Shown here in pieces: positions 12,701-24,174 of a stretch of DNA of 41,899 nucleotides (position 1 is its first letter; each line of letters starts with the position of its first letter). The stretch covers positions 496,001 to 537,899 of the forward strand of contig NW_019029005.1 in the NCBI RefSeq assembly GCF_002105155.1, given 5' to 3'. This DNA comes from Lobosporangium transversale (lineage: Eukaryota). Under the pieces are notes generated by a model that worked only from the letters and a program-made list of their open reading frames with translations, did not search any database and was not told where the DNA came from. Both the position numbers and the translations under genes were made by a program.

Positions 12701-13255
12701 ATCACGATCCTATCATTCTCCTCATCATGGCACCCTATGCATGGGTCCGCTTCATATGCACACAGACAGACATCGAAGACAGAACTAAGGCCTGTTGCCA
12801 GCTGATCCTTGTCCTGGACGCTCAGGGTGTGGACTTCTCGAAGACCCTTCTGGATGCGCCTCATGACTTGAGGACGAGTCCATACCCCACTCCGAGAATT
12901 TCTCTCGAAGGTGCTCATATTGTTCTCCAAAGCGTCCATATTTTTTTGTCTTATGGCTTGCCGTTCTGTCCTTGCTTTTTCTTTCTCAGTACAAGGTTCC
13001 CCATCAATATGTATAGTCAGTTGTCCGTTGTGAAAAGATCCTTTATCTCGAGTGCCAGGGACCTTCCTACATCAATGATGGTTTCGTTTTTCATCTTTGC
13101 ATGGACGACTCTGCGGAGGATGTCGTAATAGAACGTACCGAGGAGATCTAAATGAACAGAATGGTCAGGATTTGCCGCCAAGAAATGCCCACGTCAGTTT
13201 CCGAAGGTAAAACCCCGCGATCCGCAACCAGTTTGAAGAAGGACTTCAGCCCCAT
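9782..13255 (-). CDS. FEN1/XPG-like PIN nuclease fused to a TnpB/Fanzor-like RuvC nuclease, about 1,075 aa, with 3 coding introns (12224-12141, 11332-11253, 10130-10047)
   Basis: N-terminal: MGLKSFFKLV, HLDLLG, IHIDG, YEAD, ISQDSDFF, AIAGNDYSRNL. C-terminal: GTISTNGLVLNLLAYD, IVGCDPG (D at 10598-10600), AHEFYTSARCP (E at 10011-10013), YCRAC, FFDRDAVGAENIA (D at 9905-9907), PAAKRARR*. Assembled across several 1-bp indels. Confidence 0.85.
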
Positions 13256-13315
13256 GGTCAATATCTAAGCGAAAAGAGAAAGAAAAAAGGAAAAATGGTG
13301 GTATGAAAAGAAATG

Positions 13316-13350
<35 letters not shown>

Positions 13351-14479
13351 GACAAAGGTATAAAAGGATGAGCTTTTTTATGGTGTAAAGATTCAAAGCG
13401 AATAGATAAAGAATATTGAGGGAAAGATACAGGAACAAGTGGCAGTGGTAAAAGGGATGGGACTTTGAAGGAGGAAGACAATGATCCCTTTTTATATCCT
13501 GGATTGATGATGAGTTTTATCATTGTCTCATATAGTTTTGATATCGATCCTTTGCTTCACAGGCCACATCAATCTTTATTCAGTTCCTTTGTTTGGATTG
13601 GGGTTTTGTCCCAGTCAATAGCAGAGATTGAAAATAAATACAAGCTCTCGCATGAACGAGATTGGAAACAATAGCATTGAGATACCAAAGTAAGCATTCG
13701 AAAAATATATATAGCATATTATACTCGGTAGTTTCTAGGTGAGGCGGACCCACCTATGACTACAAAGGGCTTTGCGCAAAGATTCTGGTTCGACAGATTA
13801 GTGGATACAAAATAAACTGAAATTAATTTTAATGACCAGTCACGTCACACCACTTGCAATAACAAGCGAGTCAATTAGCTGCCAATACATTTAAGAGTAT
13901 TCAAAAAATATAAGGGATCCCGACCAAATGGAACGGGCTATACTTTAATTTACTAGGTCACGTCTATGATGCACTAGAGATTTAAATTGTGAACTTGATC
14001 TCTGTTCACTTCCAATTTCTTCTAGGCCTTTGCTTTCGTTTCTTTCATTTATTATATCGATATTATTTTTTGCATTGCCATGGTCGCTACACGGTCCACA
14101 CGTTCGTCGTTGTCTGCTGCGCTTTCACCTCCCACAGGGTCGACAGCCATTTCTCAGTCGAGCGGCCCATATCTGGTGTGCGACGTACCATCCGAGCATG
14201 GCGACCCCGGCAGGTCGTCTCACATACCGCCCAAGCACAACCTGTGGGGTTTGAAGAGGAATTACCAGGCCAGTGTGTGGAGGATGCGGAGGATGAAGAG
14301 AAGCTGTATGACAGAATCTACAGCTCCATAACGAATTCGCCCTACTTGATTTCCTTGAACAAGAAAGTGAAGAGAGGGAAAAGAAAAAAATTGGAGGAAA
14401 GAAGACGTCAAGAAGAGGCAACAAGAGTTGAGATTGGAGCAGACTAAACCAATTGGCCACCAATATGCTCTGTAGTGCA

Positions 14480-15046
14480 CAGCAGTCAGTCAGTTATATT
14501 GGCCAAGATAGCCTTCAAGACCCTGAAGCAGCAGTCAAAGCCCATTATCCTGTGAAATATCTGAACAAACTTAGTCCGCCAGGCTTGCCTCTATTCAACT
14601 GGAGCTGAGAGTCGGTCAACCTGTCATTTATTTCGCAACTTGAGCCCAAAGTGCGGATTATGTAATGGCGCCCGCATGGTTGTATGTGCGTTAGACACAG
14701 GAATGATCCAGACTGAGAATACTAATGGGCAATATCAAGGAGAGCGTGCCTTCATTCTTCCGCATACCGCTTACAACGGTCGATGACCACTCTTCCCCAA
14801 TCATGTTCTGCAGATTCCAGTTTCCAGTCAAGTCAGCCTTTGCCAAGACAATTAACAAGTCAAGGATAGACACTTAAACATGTCGGTGTTTATCTTCCTT
14901 AAGACGTTTCCTGTCATGCCCATCTCTACGTTGCCCTATCACGATGTACAGACCCAAACAATCTTGAGGTACTGATCGGAAACGGCAAGATAGAAGGCAA
15001 GGCTGGGATATACACGCGGAACATTATCTTCAAGGATGCTTTGTAG
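14480..15046 (+). pseudogene. Helitron-type Pif1 helicase, C-terminal remnant
   Basis: HYPVKYLNKLSPPGLP..LELRVGQPV..RNLSPKCGLCNGARM, FQFPVKSAFAKTINKS, VGVYLP, HAHLYVALSRC, YTRNIIFKDAL*. The N-terminal helicase motifs and the Rep domain are absent. Confidence 0.88.
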
Positions 15047-15279
15047 ACGTTGCATATTTCACAGTACACGTGTTACATAAAAATTAAAATGTAATTCCCA
15101 TGTAAAAATATAATATATTACTAACGGCTGTATATCATAAAACACGCCCCATGGATACCCTATCTATAGTGCCCGTAGACAAACTTGTAGTTATACTTTG
15201 ACATGGATTTGAATAAATACCCCACATCTGATTCTCACTTACTTCTACTCCCTAGCTACTAGCTTGTCTAAAATTTTTC

Positions 15280-16770
15280 AGTAGAGACATTGTCTTTTGA
15301 TCTTCGGTTGCTCTGCACTTCTTCATCTCGAAGTCTTTTTCAATTCACCACTCTGCTGCTACTCCGTTCAATGTTGTTTTTGCCAGATGCTCTCCCTCTT
15401 GGCTTTTATACACTTTGTATTTTGTACTTTATTATTAAATTTTCTGACGAGGCAAGACTGCACTGCTGTTTTCATCATTGTCGCTGCTAAAACGAATATC
15501 ATTTAGTTACTGTGTCTCAATAAAGATACTTTGCTCATTTGCTTAAACTCATCATCCATTCCCGGGAGCTCGATGTACTCATTTAAACGTCTCTTAGCCT
15601 CGTTTTATACTATAATTGAAAGTAACTCTCGCCTACGTCTGTTTATTTCTCAGTATACAGTATATATTTTCCTATGCTTTTGTATTATTTAAATACACTT
15701 CATGATGGCAAAGAAACATCCAATAACTCGGTGGAGCCCGCAAATGCCTTCCATGGAAAGTATACAACCAAGGGCGATGAACAATATAGGGCGTGCGATC
15801 TAGTTGTTTTATTAAACGTATTGTCATGTTTCTGCTCCAAGTGTCAAAACTTAGTTTATTTTCCTTTCATCATCAACTACAAACGACTGCCTTACCAGGT
15901 TTGAGTGGTGGTGAGAAGATAAGGGAAAAGAATCTTAAATGGTGGCACTTGATCAATACAAAGGGTTCTATTTACTGACCTAACAATATTCAAAGTGATT
16001 GCCACTGATATAACAAAGTCCACAACATCAAAAACAACAACGAGACTTCGTAACATTCACGATCTCCTATCTTGAAATTGCTTAAGAGCCAATCCCAAGC
16101 CTAAGTTGTTATCTTCAAGCAAAATTTCCTGTGCTATTTTAGCTGCCTTAAGCTTCAAATACTCTTTACTTACTTCTCTATGTTGAGGTGGAGGCTTATG
16201 GTGCAGAGATCGTGGTAGTAATAGAAGAATTTGTTGTGGGATTTTAAAGATACTTCGCTAATACTTCTCTCTGCTACGTCTGATGCATCTGGTATTTTTC
16301 GTTTGCTTCGTTGCTTTGGGATTGTGGTCTGCGAAGAAGCCGCAGCGGTATCAGGCCTTGGAAATGCTCTTTCCCAGCCTTTTCCTATTGCACCCAGAAT
16401 AAGGTGTATGTACAAAGGATCAATTAGCTATGACCAGTACAATATGATATATACAATATCAATTAGAAATCATCCAATACAACCCTCTAACTTCGTTCTG
16501 CGTCTTCATTGCCCATTCCGAAGCCATCATTTTAGTTAAAGGCTCTGGATGGGCCACCTTTAATCTTCATTAGGGTTAATCACAGACCTTGAGCTTTCTG
16601 ATGAAAGTATTCTATCCTTGCACCACTCTGTATGGTCATAAAATGCCACCAATTCTTTCTTGAAATCATATACTGCTTTCAATTGGGAACTTGGTTTTGG
16701 TGTTCTCGAAAGTAGCCTGCGCCTTTGGTTGATGCTTTTAGGACCTCAGACATAGGAATGTATGTACTTA
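15280..16770 (-). pseudogene. Degraded ORF remnant of unknown family
   Basis: Protein-like fragments (KAVYDFKKELVAFYDHTEWCKDRIL; DRTPYIVHRPWLYTFHGRHLRAPPSYWMFLCHHEVYLNN) interrupted by stops and frameshifts. Confidence 0.3.
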
Positions 16771-18195
16771 GTCATGATAATCTATGAAATGTTGTTATCT
16801 ATGATTGCGTAATGGTTAGCAAACGCACTCAAGGACAACGCGAAGTTAATATGCGGAAACCGTACGCTGGGTATAAGTCATTGTATAAATGCTGGATACC
16901 TGTACCCACACGCAACATGCACCAAGATACAGTATGTTTTGACGCGAAGGCTCCTTACAGTCTTGCTCATTTCAGAGAAGAGAGAACCCTGCTAGCTAGG
17001 ACAATACAAAGTCAGTGTGCATATCGAGCCAGAAGATAAAGCATGGCATCCCTCAAATTCCTTATACAGCCTTACTTACCTTTTGAGGAAAGTACCTTTC
17101 ATTAATTTAACTATCACTACCTAAATATTCGTACTTGACAAAGTGATTTTGGACAAATGGTATGCAAGTAGGGGATCATTTTGAGCGTGAGTGCCATAAA
17201 CAGTTCACAAAAAATGTATTGATTTAAAGGTGAAGGGAGGCAGAGACGCGTACAACCTTGGTCCTGTAAAGCACGTAACGAAGAAGGTCCGAAAGGCCAT
17301 TCTAATATGTCGTGGAACCCTATCATAAAGCAAATCCAGGAATATCAGCTTGTTATTGAGCAGTTGGCCCTCAGAGATCAGGAACGCGCAAGACAAGTGA
17401 TTAGCAACCTAGAAAAGTTGGAATGAAATATTGCGCAATTTTTAGCGTCCAGTAGCTTTAACATATCGCTTTCGACTTATGTATTAAAGAAATATACATG
17501 TTTTCGAATAAGGGCCTCTGAGGAGCGTATTTCTACCGAAATCGAATCATTAATAGCTTACGAGGTGCAGAAGGTGCTTCACATCGGTCAACACACACAT
17601 ATCATATGTAACGAAGAGGTAAAGGGCTATGAGGTGAGAAAGCGGATGGTGAGTATAATTAGGGAAAGCAGAGGGCAAAATAAGATTTTATTGCTTGTCC
17701 ATAGTTTACGCGTTCTTCGTTGTGGTTGGCTGCAGTATGCACAGTTTGATTGTTAATCGATGTGGTGATTATATCCGCACTGTGCGCCACTGCCCCAAAC
17801 GGTAATTGTAGCGCCATTCGGCACACGCATGTCGTGGATACTTATCTGCTCCTGGCCGTAAACCTACTACAAAAAAAAAATCTTGGCAGTGTGACGTCAT
17901 TAGGCAACATTGTGCTCTAATTTGATGACCCGTGGCAGGAAAATCAGATCTGATCTTTCATCTGCTGCATCTTTTTGCCATTGTCCTGTTAGTATTTACT
18001 GCATTTCCATATTACTCCCAGTATATCGATATTCACAGACGGAGGGCCCCCAGGAGGACACAGGAGTATAATCAAGCGACATTAGCATAAAGGACGAGGA
18101 ATCGCAAGACACTCTCAGCTCAATTCTTGGATAGTTTTGTTTTATCGATCTTTGACTCGCTTTAAAGCAAAGGTATAGAAGAATATCAGGCAAGA

Positions 18196-19720
18196 ATGAA
18201 TCGTCGTCAAGGAAACCAGGATCCTGAAGGCCGTGTGGGCACAGCAGCTTTACCACCATATCTATTACGTCTCTTTGCACCTCGCCCACCACTGCCCTAT
18301 GCAAAGCCACTTGATCGTGAACCGGGCAAGAAAAATGAGTCACGGTTGATGGGCATAGCACAATACCTAGAGCATTGCAAAGACCATGATACAAATTATG
18401 TTCCAACACTGAGTATTGCAGAGCAGAAGAAGAAGAAGGTACTTGTGCTATATCATAACTAGAAAGACCGGCACAATCGAGATATCCTATATTCTTTGCA
18501 TGTCAAGTGACATTTATCCTGTCAGGGACATCTTAAAAAATGCAGCTAATAACAAGACCTTTGGCCCTGCTTAAATAGATAGAAGAGCGCGAAAGAAAGG
18601 CACAAGAGGCACTCAAGAAAGGATTAGAATCATGTGAGGATAAACCTCGTTGTCGAGAATATGCATCTTTTTTACGCTTTTTTCATTTTTACCCTCAGAA
18701 ATTTTAACATTTCAATCTATAATTTGTTATAGGGGATCCAAATAAGGACGAACTGGTTGTTGGTGATCCCTACAAGATTACATATCTCCCGGCTTGTATG
18801 ACCACTGACGAGCTCTGCTTTCAATAATTGGTCGTGTTTGGTGTTTAGTACTAACTGTGAATTTCTTTTTCTTTGGAACACATTAATGAACGGGTAGAGC
18901 TATGACTGCACAGAAAGGATCTTAGAAGAGAGTTTTCGATGTATGGGAATATTGAAAATGTAAGTCGTATTACGTTTGAGTAATCAATGTTTATACAGGT
19001 GAATGTGTACATTTGAAAAGTATTTATGATACATGTTATTTAGCATGTAACAGCTTTATATTTATACGAATTGCTCTTTCACCCACAGATTAGAGTTGTG
19101 AGAGACAAGGAAGGGAAGTCGAGGGATATGCATTTATTGAAATTTGAGCGTGAAAAGGACATGAAGGCAGCAACAAGGATGCAGATGGTATCAAAATCCT
19201 CGGACGCCGTATTGTCGTTGATGTAGAGCGCGGTAGGACAGTAAAAGGATGGAGACCCAAACGCCTTGGTAAGTAATTTTAATCGTTTATCCGGACACAT
19301 TCTGCCCTTATACCTTATCGCTAACAGACCACTGTCTATTGTTTTTTAACTTTATTCATATTTAGGAGGAGGCTTGGGTGGTAGCGTATTGGAGCACCTA
19401 TCAGAATCAGACTTCTTCAGGAAGAGACAATCGTCATGAGAGGGAACGGGAACGTTCTCGTGGAGGTGATTATCGGGATGGGCGTGGTTATGGAGGACAT
19501 GGTGATAGAGACCGGATTGATAAGCGCCGACATGATGATCGCAGTCGAGGCGGCTATAGCGATCGATCGTACGAGCGCGACTCCAAGAGACGCAAGAGTA
19601 GGAGTCGCTCTAGAAGTCCAGGCATTTCGTCAGTAGGGGGATTGGCGGAGATTATTCAAGGAGCCGCCGTGGCAGCAGGGATTGATCTCTCGGCTTGATC
19701 GCATTAAGGAAAGATAAGAC
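18196..19720 (+). CDS. SNRNP70: U1 snRNP 70 kDa protein (multi-exon; ends approximate)
   Basis: [31 protein letters not shown], an RRM ([40 protein letters not shown]) and an RS/RD-rich tail. Confidence 0.95.
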
Positions 19721-20512
19721 AACGACACATAAGCTCGCTCTCTTAGCTTCTATGAAACAACCAGGCAAGCCTTAACGTCGACAGCCTTGCGACATCCTAC
19801 AAATTTTGCTCTACTCACCAAAAATATCGTCCAAATGAAACACACTCAAGTCATTGAAAAAAAAAAAAAAAAAAAAATAGGCCTATCCCCCTTCCCTTGG
19901 GCTGCTGACCTCTGCCTCTTTCTTTCTATATTGTTCATATAATGCCATCGACTGGTTTTCGGTCTCTATGCGAACCCGAGCAAAGAATGGTAATAGAAAA
20001 AAAAAAAAATGAAGAAAAGAGGCAGGTGAACTGCCAGGGGTATATTTATTTATCAATCCTGCATTCTTTTATGCAATCAAAGTATTGTCGTTGCTGTTAC
20101 TCTGTTATTGTCATTGCTGTTGCATTTCCTTATAATGTCTATACTACTGTTTCCTTGGGTAAAGTATTTCGGGTATGGTATCATTTGGATCCAACCGAGA
20201 GGTGAACTTGCCTGTCTGCTACCCAAGGTATGATCCCCGACATCGTGAAATGAATATTAAGTCGCGTAACATGGATTCATGTTTACTACTGGTGGGTTGA
20301 GTATATTTGTTTAAGGACACCACTGGCAACCTGTAGATATAGTGTCATAGTTGTTCCCATCAATATACTCCCCATGCATTGTTGTCGTTAAAACCAGCAT
20401 CGGACATGACTGCTGAAATTGAGGTAAATAATCCCTCCGATAAAAAAAAAAAAAAAAAAAAAAAAAACGCCCAGGTCCTTCACACATTCTCTTTTTACAA
20501 TTTCATTTAGCC

Positions 20513-23223
20513 ATGTTTACATTGCAATGGAGGAGTCTAAAGCTTGGGAATGTTCCCTCTGTGCTCAAGACTAGATCAGCAATTGGAAAAGGGCAGCTCC
20601 GACTCTGTAAGACTCACTATATTAGTAGGCTTGATAAAAAGTAAAAAAAAAAAATAAGGCATTGAAAAGAACACTAACTCTCATTAGTCTGACTTTTGCT
20701 TTATTATTACTTCTGGCATGCAGCTTCAACAGTGTTCGAAAAGCGTGCTCAGGCATTTACTCAGGAGAAAGTTAGGCAGGAAGAGCTGAGAAGGAAGGCT
20801 ATCAGGGATGGATCTCAACCTACCGCAATTGAAATTCTGCTTCCTGACAATATCAGAAAGATCGGCACAGCAGGATTACCACACCACTGGAGATCGCTCA
20901 AGGTTAGGATCTAGGAACTACTTAGTGAACAAGTGAAGGCAAGGTTATATGGGCAAGTCATTGACACAAATACTTTTTTAGGCATCTCTGGGAAATTGGC
21001 CAAGAACACTGGTTGCACAGCTAAATGGCACCACATACTGGGATATGACCGACCATTGGAAGAAACATGTCAATTAGAATTAATTCCCTTCCAAGAGAAT
21101 AACGACCGCCTAACTTCGCTATTCTGGCATTCATCTGCACATGTTCTTGGCATGTCTCTTGAGGCTAAATATGGACCACGCCTTCTTTTATGTGATGGCC
21201 CTTCTATCAAGCAGGGGGGTTCTTTTATGAATTTCTGTTGACAAAGCCTGGCAGGACCTTTCAAATATTCCATATCTGAATTGTTGAAACAAATTATCCT
21301 TCCCATCAATTCTCAAAAGAAGAAATTTGCCGATATCCAGAAAACTGATGCTTCAATTTGTTGCTCAGCGATTGCCATTTGAACGCTTGTCTGTCTCACA
21401 AGAATTTGCTTACAATTTATTCCCAGAGAACAAATTCAAGCAACATTTTATTGAGAATATCCCTGCAGATAACGAAATCACGCTCTACAAATGCGGACCT
21501 TTTGTTGACCTTTGCAGAGGTCCCCATGTTCAACATACAGGACAATTACAGGCGATAGAGATCTTGAGGACTTCGAATGCTTATTTTATGCCAGAATTGG
21601 ATCGGGATCCAAAATCGCCAAACACTGACTCGGATGTATGGGATTGCATTTCCTGTGCCAAAGAATTGAAACAATGGCATTATCAGAAAACTGAAGCTGA
21701 AAAGAGGGATCACCGTATTATTTGGCAAGAATCAGGGGCTATTTGCAACACATCCAACAAGTCCAGGATCTGCGTTCATGTTGCCACATGGAACTAGGAT
21801 TGTAGAGAAGCTGATGCGGTTTATGAGACAGCAATATCGCAAATATGGCTTCGAAGAAGTGATGACCCCATTGATGTACAAGAAGGAGCTGTGGGAGACT
21901 TCGGGACATTGGCAGAACTACAAGGACGATATGTTTCAGGTCCAGCGTGGATGTAGTCATGGACATCACCATACTGGAAATTCAGAATTAGCAGAAGAGC
22001 ATATGAAGTATTTGGACTCAAGCCAATGAATTGTCCTGGTCATTGTTTGATTTTTGATATGTCGAACCGATCATATAAGGATTTACCTATTCGCTATGCT
22101 GACTTTAGTGCTCTTCACAGGTATGCTGCTATCATTAGCTTTAAAGTCCTCCTCATATTTTTGGTCTTATGTTTTATTATGTTCTAACACTGCTCTTCCT
22201 TCGTCTGTATCCATTGCCACGATCTAGAAATGAGGCCATAGGCTCTTTGACGGATTGACCCGTGTTCGACGTTTTCATCAAGATGACGCCCATATCTTTT
22301 GTACTCGCGATCAAATCTTCCAAGAGATCCGTTCAACGCTATCCTTTGTTGATACTGTATACAGAACTTCCGTTTCCCATCCTATGAACTTGCACTGTCG
22401 AACACGCCGCTCACCAACTATATGGGCACGACTGAAGACTGGAATGCCGCAGAAGACTCACTCCGTCAGGCATTGGACCAATCGGGGCTCTCCTGGTCTG
22501 TTAATGAAGGCGATGGTGCGTTTTATGGACCCAAGATTGATATTCTGGTCAAAGATGCGCTCGGTCGACGGCATCAGACTGCTACGATTCAATTGGACTT
22601 CCAGTTGCCACAGAGATTTGGATTGGTATTTCAGGATCAAAAGGGTGAGAAGCAGACTCCTGTGATTGTACATCGTGCAGTGTTAGGAAGCGTGGAGAGA
22701 ATGATGGCGATTTTGATTGAGCATACAGGTGGCAGGTGGCCATTCTGGATCTCACCAAGGCAGGCCATGGTTGTGCCAGTGTTTGGAGGCAAAGCTGCAG
22801 AACAGGGAACAGTAACAGTAGTGATGAAGGTTACAATGGTGAAAAAAGTGAAAGCACAACAAACCATGGCGAATCATTAATAGGATATGCCGCCTATGTC
22901 AAAGAGACCCTGGCGAAAGCAGGACGAACGCCAAGTAATACATCAAAGTATGCTATAGGCAAGCAGTTAGAAACTGGAAAAGATCCCGTTGTTGCGATGG
23001 ATGACAAGCACTACTTTGTGGATATTGATCAATCAGGAGGAACACTCAACAAAATGGTCCGAGATGCACAAGTAGCTCAATATAACTTTATTTTAGTGAT
23101 TGGTGAGAAAGAGAAGGAGCGGTGCACAGTGAATGTACGGACGAGAGAAGGAGAACGATAGGTGAGATGACAATACCAGAAACTCTCAAGTTATTCAAGG
23201 AGCGTGAAGACTTGTTTATGTAG
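20513..23223 (+). CDS. Threonyl-tRNA synthetase, probably mitochondrial, with editing domain
   Basis: [83 protein letters not shown]. The N-terminus ([11 protein letters not shown]..) is R/K-rich and lacks acidic residues, suggesting a presequence. Confidence 0.93.
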
Positions 23224-24174
23224 ATAAAAGAAGTAATAAAATAACGTTACAATGATTACATTAAATATATACACTTTCACTCCTTTCACCTCCACTAAAG
23301 GACCCCTCAAAACCTCGGGTGTGTCCACCGTTGTGACAATCGTTTGAAGACAATGTGGATCCAATGAAGGTTGCTCTTGCATATTTCAGCAGATATTTTA
23401 AATTTCTTTTGGCTAAAAGTATGTGTTTGTCAGCAATTTTACTCCCCAAATTGGCCAAAGATTAAAATTTCCGGTGTATTTATCTAAATGATCTGGACCA
23501 CCAAACATCCCACCCAGCAAAAATGCCAATCGGGTGGTATCACCCAAGCTACTTTTGTGTAAAGCCATGTCTCTCTAATTTTGATGAAATATCAAAATTA
23601 TAAAAGCAAAGTATTCTATCCAATCAAAAAGAACTTTAATTTGAATGTAAAAACATGTATTCCTTCATACTATAATAATCTTTGCCTTCATCGTATCATT
23701 GAGGTTTCCTAGAAAGTAGACTCTTTAAGAGATTCCAGTTGAGCTTCGTGATGACATAATCGCGAGAACGATCCCCTAAAAAGCCGTTTCATTGCCGATA
23801 ATAGCTCCAGATCATGAAAGCGAAGAGAACTGTGAAGGTGATATAAGTCAGCTAAAAGGGGACGATACACAACAGTATCAAAGGAGCCGCAATCCATCTA
23901 ATTATTTACAAGAGCCTTCCTGCGTACTACTGTCGTGTAGGTCGTCCCTGCGAACTCAAAACTGGCGCGTCCTGGATACTTGTTCTTTGCGAAATTTTTG
24001 GTATCAACTAAAAGTTACCTGGCTCAAACCTCTGTGTGCATAGCTCTTTTTGAATTAAAAGTAAAAAACAAGTATTTATTTACAAAAACAAAGAACACTG
24101 TATACTACACTACACAAAAAAAACGTAATAAAAAGAAAAAGAAAAAAAAAAGAAATTGAAAAGGCAGCTTGTTC

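Larger units (their letters stand above)
9577..13379 (-). mobile_element. Candidate element carrying the PIN/XPG-Fanzor gene, bounded by 12-bp inverted repeats
   Basis: AAAAAAGCTCAT at 9577-9588 and ATGAGCTTTTTT at 13368-13379 enclose the gene. Fanzors are transposon-borne. No transposase or target-site duplication seen inside these bounds. Confidence 0.4.

Noticed and set aside
13918..13956. Imperfect hairpin (CCCG..CGGG) followed by CTAG, resembling a Helitron 3' end
   Set aside because: The stem is weak, CTAG is followed by G rather than T, and it lies upstream of the helicase remnant.
9400..17400. CRISPR-like repeat-spacer array near the RuvC gene
   Set aside because: No regularly spaced direct repeats seen, only homopolymer tracts.
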